Source: Chrysomallon squamiferum (Eukaryota; Animalia; Mollusca). From it: DNA of 64,000 bases. The notes beneath the pieces are model-generated. The model saw nothing but the letters and a program-made list of their open reading frames with translations. It was not told where the DNA came from and did no database searches. Each line of letters opens with the position of its first letter. The first letter of the stretch is position 1. The stretch is taken from NCBI GenBank assembly GCA_012295275.1, contig CM022675.1, positions 8,060,001 through 8,124,000 on the forward strand. Reading direction: 5' to 3'. Shown one piece after another: positions 19,010-31,779 of this stretch. The translations under genes and the position numbers were made by a program.

Positions 19010-20247
19010 GTTGTTGTTGTTTGTAGTTGTTTTGATATATACGACACTACAGTCACAAATAAATGAATTTATTTATTGACTATTCAGTGCTGTTTTTCTT
19101 AATTCACCTGTTTATATATTTTTCTGTATTATAGATAGATAGATATAAATTTATCTTCCTCACGTTATCGCAATGAAAAAAAAATAACCAAAACCAAAAA
19201 AAAAGAAAATGTTTTTAATCCTATCTTTTCGTAAAAAAAAAAAAAAAAAAAAAATAAAAAAACGTGCTTCACTGATACATTATCTTAAAACAGATTTATA
19301 TCCACACATATAACCGGACTTCAAATGTAGTTTGATATAGGTATCAGAATAAAGATCTCTCATACGAAACCATTTAGTACGTAGAAAACAGAATAGTGAG
19401 GTGAAAAAAAAAAGAGAGAAAAAAAAAGGCTTTTAGTAATACGATACTTATGATGATGTACAAATGGGATTTTCAGGGATAGATGTGTAAAAGATATAAA
19501 GAAGATATACAGTGTAGTAGTACTAATGACAGCTGTAGTGGTTAAAGTAGCAGTATGAGTAGTTGTAGTAGTTGCAGGTGGCTGTGATAGTAGCACAGCA
19601 GCTGCAGCCGTTGTGGCAGTCGTAATTTTAGTCGTAATCTTAGTAGCAGTTGTAATAACAGTAGTAGTGGTATATATATATATATATATATTAATGGTAG
19701 CAGTTGTAGTAATAGTAATATAAATAGTACTATATTTACTCGTGTAAGTAATAGTGATAACGATAGACATAGTAGTAGCTGTAGTAACAGAAGTATCAAT
19801 AATCGTAGTGGTAGACAGTACTAACAGCAACATCAGTTTCATTCTGAAAAGAATTTTCAGTATAAATGAAGATTTAGTAAAAAATATTTACAAAAAAATG
19901 TTTTTCATTTAACAGCTGCAATCTTCGTGCCAGAAAGCACAGAAATTTCGGAAGATATTCAATACACTAGATTACGTTTTAATACTTGCACTTTCCTGAC
20001 TTCGCAAAAAAAAAAAAAAATCGTTAAGCACTTAATTGTAATAACCGTAAACGGTAAGTGCAAGGTACTAATATTACTGAGATTAATTAGAGTGCGAATC
20101 GTAAGCATTTAAAGGTTGGTGAACGTACGTACGTTTATCTTTCAGTCACTGAACCTGGTGACGAGACAAGGCGATTAAAAATACATTTCTGTGTTTTCGG
20201 GCAGTCGGTTCAGAATAATGTTGATATTAGACGTTAATCGTTTGTTG

Positions 20248-20655
<408 letters not shown>

Positions 20656-21658
20656 TAAAGAAATAAAGAGATATCATTTTTATTATTTTTGTCCCTGCTT
20701 AGTTTAGATCTTCTTCTTCTTTTTCTTGACTTAGTTTTATTTCTGTTAACCTATTTTTATTTTATTTTATTTTATTACCTTTGGTTCTTCTTCTCTCAGT
20801 TTAAGGATAAAACAACAAAGAATTGGAATCAAAACAACAAAACGATGCTGCAATAAATTTAATACTAGATTTCCAGCTCGACGGATGAGATCAGAGAGGA
20901 TATAAAGTTTATTAAGTCTAAACATAAAATAAGATTAATATTTGTTCACATTTTTTTGAATTTTATTTCATTCTTTTTCAGATTAATATTAACAAAGTAT
21001 AGAACAATAAACGTAATTCATATAAAATTTATTCAACATTTTTAACAGAAAAAAAAAAAAAAAAAAAAAAAAAAAATTACATAAATATTAAAATTAATAT
21101 AATAGTTAATGGTATATGTACAAAATATACATAAATAAAAGAACTTAGAGAGTTCAGTTTTAGCCCATTTTTATTTAATTTCCAACAGACATTTGCAGCA
21201 ACATGTGATTAAATGATTTTATGTTGTCAAATTCAAAAAAATAATAATAAAAAATAAAAAAATAAATAAATAAAAAAAAATTAATAATAATAAAAAAATA
21301 AAAAAATAATAATAAACAGAAAATTACTCCGAAGCCTGATAGATTTTGAACTTTGTAAAAGAAATGGATGCTTTTTGAGACCTGTTCTTTTGTGAGTAAT
21401 TGTAGTTTGTGCTGTTGTGCGTGTGCGTGCGTATTTGTTTGTGTGTGTATGTGTGTGTGTGTGCGGGCTAGTTTATGGGTATACAGAGCAACAAAATTTA
21501 CAGTGTAGGAAATTATTAATATATATTCTACTGGAGTATACGGTACAGAGACTCATAAGAAACAAAATTTTGGAATAAAAATCTATTAAAATTTGTGAAT
21601 TTGAAGCCATTGCGATGTCACCTATTGAATGCAAGGAACCATATTCCTGAGAGTGAAA

Positions 21659-21693
<35 letters not shown>

Positions 21694-21889
21694 ATTACGT
21701 ATCTTTAGTACGTAATGTCAAAACGTTCTAAAGATACCAGAGCTTTTTTTTTTTTTTTCGTTTTATCTAGAATGTGAAACTACGTGAACATAAGTCTCGT
21801 TCTATCGTGTTTAGCAGTCGTTTATATGAGATTATATTTAAAATAAATACATGGAATAGTAATAGTACTAGTAACAGCAACAGTAGTGC

Positions 21890-21926
<37 letters not shown>

Positions 21927-22371
21927 GAAATCAAAGAAAAACCGCTTGGTTTGTTTGAACGCGGATACATCGAATAATTAGGATCTCTAATAACGTTTTT
22001 TTTTGTTTTTTTTTGTCCTGTCCCTAGGGACGATAATCTGTTTGTGTATCTGACTCATGAATTAGTCTGGCTAATGCCGCCGACGTTTTGTAAATTGTCC
22101 ATCATAATAAAAACGGAACCAGGAAACAAACGGTAACTGATACTCCGAGATGGGAATTCTCCGTCAAATAACGTGACAACCCATTTAATACATCTACGGC
22201 GACGTCAGCAGCAAAGAAAGAACGAAAGCGTCGACGCTTTTACTAAAAAAAATTTTGTTACGCGATTTGATAACGCGGGCAGTGCGCCCGAACGTCTCCG
22301 AGTGGTGAGGTAATTTGCTCCGCTTATTTGAGAGAACCGCGAAAATAAATATTTAAATAAATAATGAAAGA

Positions 22372-22404
<33 letters not shown>

Positions 22405-22934
22405 CACTGAATTTAATTTAAAGGTTTCTCATGTTTTACTATAAGGAAAAAAAAAAAAAAAAAAAAAAAAAAAATTAAATTAAAAAGTTATGAACGTAAA
22501 ACGTTTTGTATAGTCAAACGTTTCATTAATGTAAATTCAATGTTAATAAACTTTAATATATATGTTTATATAATACAAAAAAACCTAACCTTTCAGGAAA
22601 AGAAAGAAAGATAAAAAATAATAATAATAATAAAAATTAAAAAAAAAAAAAAAAAAAAATCAATAAATTACATAGTTTACGGTAATACTTCATAAAGAAC
22701 GAATGAAGTTAACATTATAATTTTTTTTTTTTTTTTTTTTTTATTATTATTATTTTTTAAATGGTAACAAGGTTGCCAGACATATTAAATCTAGGTAATT
22801 GTATTCCGTGATAAAATTCACATAAAGTAAGTCATTATCTTTAATTTGTTCTGTTTGTGTTAACAATCGAAGAACGGTCAGAAACGGTTTATTAACATTT
22901 GATATTATCTGTATGTATCGGTGTAGTGCGTACG

Positions 22935-22992
<58 letters not shown>

Positions 22993-24427
22993 ATGTGTGT
23001 GTGTGCGTGTGTTTAGACGGATCGTTTAGCTCATTGTAAAAAAAAAAAAAAAAACAATTAACGTCACACATCCATTTGTATTTTTCTGTTATTTATTTAT
23101 CATTTATTTCTTTTATTTTTGTTTTTATTTTATTTTATTCTTAGTTTTTACATTTATATCTCTAACGTATAGTCAGATTTTAGACTTTTCTTTTAAAACG
23201 ACAAAAACAAAATAAGAAGAAAAAATATATATTTTTATTTATTTACAGTTTCTGCTCAGTAAATATACAGAACAATACGTACCTTATATCAATATGATTT
23301 TGATATCTCTGTTATTATTAATTACATTAGTTCAAGTATCTTGAAAAGCACGTGAATGGTATTTTTTCTTCGTCACGTGCAGCACGTGCCAACTCGTGTT
23401 TAAGGCTCACTGCTATGTTTTTGAAAAAACCCCAAAAAACCCACTACTGATGAACTGAAAATCTGTCATTTCATTAGTAAAATAATATGTATATTTACAT
23501 ACTCTGGACAAAAAAAAAAAAGTTAAGCGCCGCGAAATGTATTTTCAATAATCACTTAATCTTTTTCAAGAGTTTCTGTGTGTTTGTTAGACTGTCGAAA
23601 CCAAAACATATTGTATTTGTAGCCAAATAAAGCAGCGTTCAGACTGTCCGATTGTTCGTACCATCTTTTTGTTAGTAATCGTAAACATTTTTCAATTATT
23701 ACAACTTAATATTTGTTCTCGTAATGTCTTCACAGCGCGTGCCAATGCGTGTGTGTGTTTTGCTCTTCATAACATTAACATTTTGCATTTCTTACTGTCT
23801 GGGCGCCTAACTTTCTTTCCAACATATTAAAATATGTTAAAAATAGAACAACAAATTCAATGTTTGAATTCCGTTATGTTTTCCAGAATGCTATTATATA
23901 CAGACAGGAAAAGAAAAAAAGAAGAAGTCCACAAGCAAACATAATAACGATCCCTTTTAAATTTGTCTCTTTTTTTATAGTTATGTACATATAAAATTTA
24001 GCAATGATCTATGTTTGCGTTGTTAATGTTTGTCCTTGCTGTCAGAAACATTCGAAACGTAATTTTGCACATCGTATCACATTCTGTTTTTTACTTGGAG
24101 AAATATTTTGAATTAAAAGTGATATATTCAGTTATTACGAAAATAATAGGTACCTGACGAAGGCATGTCACATGTATGTAACTTTTAATATGCTTTCACA
24201 TTAGTTTCCACTGATAAATAATACATAAATACAATAATCTTTAAGTCAAGCTTAACCAAAGGGGAAAACATAAAAAAATAAAAAAGTAAAAGCAGAATAA
24301 AAACTATTTTCTTTGTCTTTCAGAGAGAGAAAGAGAGAGAAAAAAAGAACACGATTATTTTTTTTTTCTTTCAGTGTGAAGTACAACGATTTGCGAGAAT
24401 CATCCGTTATTATTATTATTATTATTA

Positions 24428-24477
<50 letters not shown>

Positions 24478-24479
24478 GT

Positions 24480-24627
24480 TAGAACTTTTATGTCAAGGAC
24501 ATATCTCGGGCTTTTTTCAAACTTGTCCTTTGTTGTCGAATTCAACTCTGTCGTAATCATCAGTGTAACTGGATGATGTTGTTGTTGTTGTTGTTGCTGC
24601 TGTTGTTGTCAAATACCCGAGTCGAAT
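24480..24627 (-). other. Probable start of non-coding 3' exon of the TK gene (3' end not determined; left coordinate arbitrary)
   Basis: A GTAAGT donor lies 1 nt after the stop codon (25004-24999); the nearest good acceptor is TTGTGTTACAG (AG at 24629-24628), followed by unique sequence. Confidence 0.5.
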
Positions 24628-25005
24628 CTGTAACACAACAGACAATGAATTATATACACCCAGCAATGTCTGTCTATATCTATGTATATATCTATCTGTC
24701 CACCTACCTACAAAATTACTGTTAAAACTGCAGTTACTACTTTTAGAGTTGATACAGCCATTATTACTATACTGCTATTACTGTTATAACTACTACCACT
24801 ACAATTACAAGTACTACAACTATTATTACTACTACTATTAGTGCTACCGCTACTATTGTTACTAGTACCATTATTATTATTACTGCTATTAATACAACTA
24901 CTGCTACTATTACTACTACTACAGCTATTGCTAATAATAGTATATTACTAGTACTATTAATATTGTTACTACTACTATTGTTTTAAATATATTTAATAAC
25001 TTACT

Positions 25006-25064
25006 TTATCCTCTTAGTCCATGGAATCCAACTTTTGAAGCTCTTTTCTCATTTTCTTCAAAAC
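25006..25064 (-). CDS. TK: TK precursor coding exon 3: (G)FEENEKR-ASKVGFHGLRG-stop
   Basis: TATTTCTAG acceptor, phase-compatible with exon 2; encodes KR plus a further FxGxR-G peptide directly before TAA. Too short to appear in the ORF track. Confidence 0.9.
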
Positions 25065-25075
25065 CTAGAAATAGA

Positions 25076-25112
<37 letters not shown>

Positions 25113-25305
25113 GTTGTTGTTGTTGTTGTTGTTATTGTCGTTATTACTATTATTATTTATGGTAATGCATTGAGGCTATCTTTAATAACATTCTCATCAT
25201 TTTCATCATGATCATTACGACTGCTGTCATTACTCAATGTTTTACCTTCTGTCACGTTTTTAATATGTAATATTATAAATGATGTTAATGAAAGGAATAT
25301 ATCAG

Positions 25306-25336
<31 letters not shown>

Positions 25337-25358
25337 TCCAAACTTCAATAATTACAAC

Positions 25359-25448
<90 letters not shown>

Positions 25449-25913
25449 GACTTTTTCCTGTGTTTTTAATCACGTCATTAAAGATTTTGACTTACTCTAC
25501 GCTTCATACACGTAAAGATTATTGCGCTGGATTAACAGTAATATTTTCCTTTAACTACACATAACGTAGATTAGCTGCTTTTATCAGCAGGCAATTTCAG
25601 CAAGATTTAAAAGAACTTTATTCTTTCTTTTTGTTTTGTTGTATCTTCTTCTTCACTTCTTTCGCTTCTTATGTAGTGTACAGTGTAAATGATGTAGATG
25701 CACTTTTAAATGTGTGATTTCCTTTTACAGAGAACATTGTTGTGTCTTTATTATTAATCAACGATCGCCGACATTGCTATTAAGCTTTTTTCTTTTTTTC
25801 AGTAAAAATAAAAATAAAATAAATAAATAATAATAATAATAATAATGTGCAGACACTATAGTATTGTATAGAATGATTATAGACTCTTTTTATGACTTTT
25901 TATTACGTATCAT

Positions 25914-25990
<77 letters not shown>

Positions 25991-27360
25991 AGTAATATGT
26001 TGTGTGGCATCGCATTATTTGTTACACATATATTAATTATATAAATTCAGAATATAGAGTTACGTGATATAATCATCATCATCATCATCATCATGTGTAA
26101 TGAATGCATAGCATGAACATACGTAATGTATGACGTCACCATCATCATCTTAACTGTAATTAATGTATCCCATGAATATACCAACTGTAACTCGTCATGA
26201 TGACGATCGTGATGATGGTGACGTCACACATTATGTATGTTTATGCTATGCATTCACTACAGTCACACGTGAAACTGTTACATTCAGTCATTTGAATATT
26301 TCATTCAGAGTCATTTGATAAATCAGCTACAAGACTTTGATACATAACAATCATTCGGTATATTACAACTCGAGAATTTCGTGCACTCCAGGTGAATATA
26401 TTATAGCCTACTTAAGACAACCTTTCAAATATTCTGTGCGATAGCATAATACATTACAGACGTTAAACTGAAACGGTACCTACCTGATTTTGATCCGTCA
26501 GCAGCCACAAGTCTTCTCAGTTCCAGCGATTTTTGTGGAAGTTTGACTGTCAGATTTGACAGTAATTTGTCCTCATATTTTGTAACGTCTTCGTTCTTTT
26601 TGCCACGGCTTCCCATAAATCCGTATGTGTTCTTTTTGCCGCGGCTTCCCATAAATCCGTATGTGTTCTTTTTGCCGCGACTTCCCATAAATCCGTATGT
26701 GTTCTTTTTGCCGCGACTTCCCATAAATCCGTATGTGTTCTTTTTGCCTCGACTTCCCATAAATCCGTATGTGTTCTTTTTGCCTCGACTTCCCATAAAT
26801 CCGTATGTGTTCTTTTTGCCGCGGCTTCCCATAAATCCGTATGTGTTCTTTTTGCCGCGGCTTCCCATAAATCCGTATGTGTTCTTTTTGCCGCGACTTC
26901 CCATAAATCCGTATGTGTTCTTTTTGCCGCGACTTCCCATAAATCCGTATGTGTTCTTTTTGCCTCGACTTCCCATAAATCCGTATGTGTTCTTTTTGCC
27001 GCGACTTCCCACAAATCCGTAGCCTCGTTTTCTGCCTCTGCTGCCAATAGAACCTAAACGTTTGTCGGGTGCAATTTGATTGGTTGGTTTGGACGGAAGA
27101 GATTTGTCTAAAAACTCGAAAATCCAGTCGTCGGAATCTGGATCATTGCCAAAATCGTCGCTGGGTGAATTTTCGTCAGATTTTTCTGTCTGTTTGGGTT
27201 TCACTTCAGGTTTCCTTGCTGATGGTACTGAGCTTGTATCCTGGGTCTGAAAAAAAAAAGTAAAAAGTAAAAATAAATAAATAAATAAACAAATAAATAA
27301 ATAAAAACAAACAAACATGATTCTTCATAAATTACGGATGACTGTAATAGTAAGCCTGAA

Positions 27361-27413
<53 letters not shown>

Positions 27414-27825
27414 CGTTGTTGTTGTTGTTGTTGTTGTTGTTATTGTTATTGTCGACGGCGTCGTCGTCGTTGTTTGTGGTGTGTGGTGGTGGTGTAGGTG
27501 ATGTTGTAAATGTTAATAGTGAAGGTAGTAGTAGTAGTAGCAGTAGTAGTAATAGTAGTAATAGTAGTATGAACAGTGGTAGTAGAATAAGTAGTAGTAG
27601 TAGCAGTAATAGCGGCAGCAGCAGCAACAGTAGTAGTAGTAGTAGTAGTAGTATATTTGCTGTTGTTTATCTCAATGTTGCCGTCATGGAATTTATGTCA
27701 TTCTAGTATTAAATATTGCTATTTTGTGATGGGTGTTAAGGTGCTGTTTGAAGGTGTGGTGTTGTCGTCGATGTTTTATCTGACAGCGGGGGCGTCGTAC
27801 AATGTATTTGTGCTATTTATTATTA

Positions 27826-27860
<35 letters not shown>

Positions 27861-28549
27861 CCAGTGACCGATTTACTTAAACTGTTATACTCATATGTGC
27901 GTGTGCGTTTTCTGAATAAGAGGTTCTCGTAGCTACATTAAGCTACTTTAACGAACAGAAAATTAAAAAACTTACACAGAACAATACACACAAAAGAAAA
28001 TAACACACAATACTCCCTTGCCGTTTATATTAATGTGCTGCCGGTGTCTCACTTATTCGTTGCCTGTAATTATTTTTGCCTACGCTTAAACAGATGTTTA
28101 TGAAATCGGTGAAAGGAAGACGAAATTAACTGGTTTATTCTGATCTTTCGTTTGGCGAATAATTGTTTGCCGAGCGATGCCGTCGTACACAAAACTATAT
28201 TAAATACAGTTTTAATAGTCTTATCTGTTTTTCCTTGACCTTTATAACAGTGACCTTCGCCTACTCTTTTATCTAGAAACTTCGGTGAACGAGAAGCTTT
28301 GTAATGACCGTTTGAAGATGTAAGACTCGGTAATACTAATTGCTAACACTGCTAAGAATTGTATGTCTAAGAGGCGGCGCGCAATGCAAGTCGGGTAATT
28401 ATTAATACACGAACACGTGTGTGACCTTGCCGAGCAGAAGTGGAACAACTGAATGGATTTCAATGTCTCGCTGTCGTTGCCTTCTCGGTGCTGCTGTTGT
28501 TGCCAGAGTTTTGTAGTTGGTTTGAAATTGCCAACGAAACAAGAACGAT

Positions 28550-28580
<31 letters not shown>

Positions 28581-29459
28581 TTTTGATTCGTTTTGTGTTG
28601 TTTGCATCTTTTTTTTTTTTTTTTTTTTTTTTATTCATTTCTATTTCCATCAGTTCTTTTCCAGTTCTGTTTTACTTTCTTCAGTTGTTATCTTTTCTTA
28701 TTTTATTTTATTTTATTTCGTTTTAAATGTTTTTCGACCTCCTTACATGTTTGAAGGTCAGTGTGAATTTCTAATTCCGGCGTTAGTTTTTATTTTACTA
28801 TCTTCTTCCTCAATTATTTTTCCTCTTCTTTCTCCTTGTTTTCCTCCTCCTTAATGTATATTTATCGCTTCGACCATTACGACTTCATATTTTTTTGCGG
28901 ATTCAAAGAGTGAAGGTACACTCCCACACGCAGATATTTTCGCTAGGTTTTTGCATTTTTAGAATATTTCTAACTGTTCGACTCAGTTTTTTGAGTTTTC
29001 AAACTCGACAGATCAGAAGCCTTCAATGAAACAATCTAAGATTTCATTTGAAAGAAAAAATGCAAGAAAAAAAAGTAAAAACGAAACAAGAAAACGGAGG
29101 ATTTTTTTTTTTTCAGTTTTCCCTACCTTTATTATTACGTTCTTTTTTTTTTCTTTTCGTTTCTTTTTTATTTTTCTTTTTATTTTTTATAAATTCGATC
29201 TGTTTGTTCTTTCTTTCTTTCTTTCTTATTTATTTATCAATAACTATTATTTTTTTTTTTTTCAGTGTTCTTGATTTTATGACAAGTGACAGTCAGAATT
29301 AATATTTTATTTTCTACGAAGATCATCAGTGCTCGATATTTAAATTAATGGGTTATCTTATCTCTAATCATTTCGCACACAGGGCAATGTTAACTGATTT
29401 TTGTCATCGTAAACAAACGCGAAACCATTAACCTTTAAATTTAGTCTTCAAATGCTAAT

Positions 29460-29512
<53 letters not shown>

Positions 29513-29738
29513 GAAGAAGAAGAAGAAGAAGAACGATGAGTAGAAACATAAAGACAGAAGATAAATAAAATGAAGAAAACTCTATTTTTTTTCTTCTTTG
29601 TTATTTCGTGGAATTTGTCGACGTCTTATCCACTTTTTCAATATGGACTGTTTTAAATACTCAATCACATACAGAATGTATGTTACGTCAAAATAGTAAA
29701 TTAATAATCATTAGCATAATTCTGACGTCATAATAATC

Positions 29739-29792
<54 letters not shown>

Positions 29793-30921
29793 TAAATAAA
29801 AAAACAAGGAAGGTACGAAATATTGATGAAAAATTATATTTCTTGTCAACTTTATCCGGATATTTTCTGACTGAATTGTAAGATCGAAAACCGATTCGAA
29901 CGGAATTTTAAAAAAAACATACATGTGTATAAACGTGGCTGTAGTAGCCTTCGAAAATCTAGGTTTGAGCGCCGGTTAGAACGAGAAATAACGCTATCGC
30001 CCGTTTTTCTTTGTTTACTGTGACATTTGAGATCAAATATAAAAATGTGAAACAAGTAATTAAGTAAATAAATAACAAAATAACTAAATATATAAATAAA
30101 TAAATGAAAAATAACTTTTTTAAAAGGAAGAAAAAAGGAAGAAGAAAAAATAAAATATAGTCACTGTAAATTGTTTGCTGCTGAACAAACATCAACAGTA
30201 ATAAAGTGGGCATGGTGGTTGCTGTTGCTGTCGTAGTCATTTTCATTTCGTAATTATCTTGTTTGTCGATTCTTTGTGTAAACGAATATAAACAAATTTT
30301 GCGTCATCTCTGTCTAATTAACGTTCTCATTTGCAGGAGAAAATAAAAAGCAAAAAATAAAATAAAAAATGTCGTAGGCAATAATAAACAAGAGAGGATT
30401 TAAAAGAAGAAGAAAAAGAAGAAAAAAGGAAAGTGTCATAGCGTACAAAATAAACATCGGGGAAAATTACACGACGCCATTTTTAGAAATGAACGGAAAT
30501 TAATTCTGCTGTTTATTAAATTCCTCCTCAGTCGGCCCCCACACGGTAAATAGATGAAATAACTGATAAAGAGATAAACAGTAAACAACATCAGCTGCAA
30601 TAACAGCAGCAGCAACAACAGCAGCAGCAATACTACTACTAATAATAGTAATAATAATCACAATAAGAAGAAGAACAATAATAATAATAACAACAACAAT
30701 AATAAATAAAAAATATATAAATAATAACAAGTGTGGTAATAATAACAACAACAGTAATAATAATAAAAAGTAATAAGAGTTAAAGTAGAGTGGTATGTAT
30801 GTGTGGGAATGTGTCTGTGCATACGTGTGAGTGTGAAAGTTACATATTCGTATGTGATAGTTTCTTGAGGTTTTTTTTTTGATTTTCTAATTTAACTAGA
30901 AAACTAAATTTAAGACACTGG

Positions 30922-30956
<35 letters not shown>

Positions 30957-31014
30957 TAATAACAATAATAATAACAATAATAATATCAGTAATGACAACA
31001 ATAATAATAACAGC

Positions 31015-31045
<31 letters not shown>

Positions 31046-31350
31046 GTAATAATAACAATAACAATAATAATAATAATATCAATAATAACAACAGTAATAA
31101 CAATAACAATAACAAAAAATAATTCTGATAATAATAATAATAATAATAATAGTAGTTTTATCGGTAGTAATAACGACAGTAATAATAATAGTAACCGCAG
31201 GAATAATAATAACAACAACAACAACAACAACAACAACAGCAACGACGACAACACCTGTCTACTTACTGTCATTCCTCCCAAAGCTGCGCTGTTGACCGCG
31301 TGTGAACACAGCGCCGTAAAACAGACGACGAGAGCCAGTCGATAAAACAT
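25006..31350 (-). CDS. TK: Tachykinin-related peptide (FxGxRamide) precursor, 3 coding exons, 301 aa
   Basis: Exons 31350-31267 (84 nt), 27246-26484 (763 nt) and 25064-25006 (59 nt) join through GT-AG introns of phase 0 and 1 into a 906-nt ORF. It has a hydrophobic N-terminus and multiple F-x-G-x-R-G motifs flanked by KK/KR/RKR, the established signature of protostome tachykinin-related peptides. Confidence 0.93.
26096..26261. repeat. Inverted repeat, 52-bp arms (4 mismatches), 62-bp spacer, in TK intron
   Basis: 26096-26147 matches the reverse complement of 26210-26261 at 48/52 positions; each arm contains TGACGTCA (26131-26138, 26219-26226). Confidence 0.9.
26484..27246 (-). CDS. TK: TK precursor coding exon 2: acidic spacer, LGSIGSRG, GYGFVGSRG, 11x NTYGFMGSRG, spacer
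   Basis: Poly-T + CAG acceptor (27248-27247) opens TQDTSSVPS...; lies within ORF 26425..27318; ends at TCAG|GTAGGT donor (phase 1). Confidence 0.95.
26594..27021 (-). repeat. 36-bp coding tandem array (11 full units plus 1 divergent unit) encoding KKNTYGFMGSRG
   Basis: Plus-strand unit ttctttttgccNcgRcttcccataaatccgtatgtg repeats with an exact 36-bp period. Confidence 0.97.
31267..31350 (-). CDS. TK: TK precursor coding exon 1: signal peptide MFYRLALVVCFTALCSHAVNSAALGGMT
   Basis: ATG at 31350; basic residue, hydrophobic core and small residues (VNS/AA) typical of a signal peptide; ends at ACA|GTAAGT donor (phase 0), in frame with the next exon. Confidence 0.9.
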
Positions 31351-31376
31351 GTCCGCTGTTTGTGAGTAGCGACCGT

Positions 31377-31460
31377 CTGCAAAACGAAATGAAACCGTTT
31401 TACTGCACGCGCGGCACTCTATTATAGCAGACGTCCTCCCACGTGCGGACACGCGGGGAA
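31377..31460 (-). promoter_or_regulatory. Candidate TK core promoter or splice acceptor region
   Basis: On the minus strand: E-box CACGTG (31440-31445), TATAATAG (31426-31419), Inr-like TCATTT (A at 31390). The same stretch also reads as acceptor TTTCATTTCGTTTTGCAG (AG 31378-31377). Locally GC/CpG-rich. Confidence 0.4.
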
Positions 31461-31743
31461 AAAGCTGTATCATTGGCTCAAACACGAAGAACGAGCATAA
31501 TTCAAGCTCGAAAGAGGCCGAACGAATGACAAGGGTTTGTTTTGTTTCAGCGGTATAGGGAAGTTTTTGCAGACGATGCGAAAAGTTGATTAGAGTGCGG
31601 GGTGAGTGATAGGGGTGGGCGGAGAGGTAGTTAGATGTAGGGGAGAGAAGTGTGTTGATGTTTTTGGTAAGCGATTTGAAAAAGGTTTCAGCAGTTACTG
31701 TTATTTTAGAGTATTTGAGTATTTTAGAAAAACTGTAATAATA

Positions 31744-31779
<36 letters not shown>

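Noticed and set aside
26594-27021. 36-bp direct repeats resembling a CRISPR array
   Set aside because: Units are contiguous with no unique spacers, encode an in-frame peptide repeat, and lie in a spliced eukaryotic gene with no cas genes.
26543-27047. Overlapping ORFs 26543..27022 (+, FFLPRLPINPYV repeats) and 26550..27047 (-, KRTHTDLWE repeats)
   Set aside because: Shadow frames that stay open because a stop-free 36-bp unit is repeated. Unit variation is silent in the tachykinin frame and non-silent in the shifted minus frame, and neither shadow frame has a signal peptide or splice support.
26425-27318. ORF-track 297-aa protein taken as the complete precursor
   Set aside because: Its hydrophobic N-terminus (FVCFYLFICLF…) is translated intronic (TTTA)n/poly-T and its C-terminus runs through the 26483 donor; the real ends are on exons at 31267-31350 and 25006-25064.
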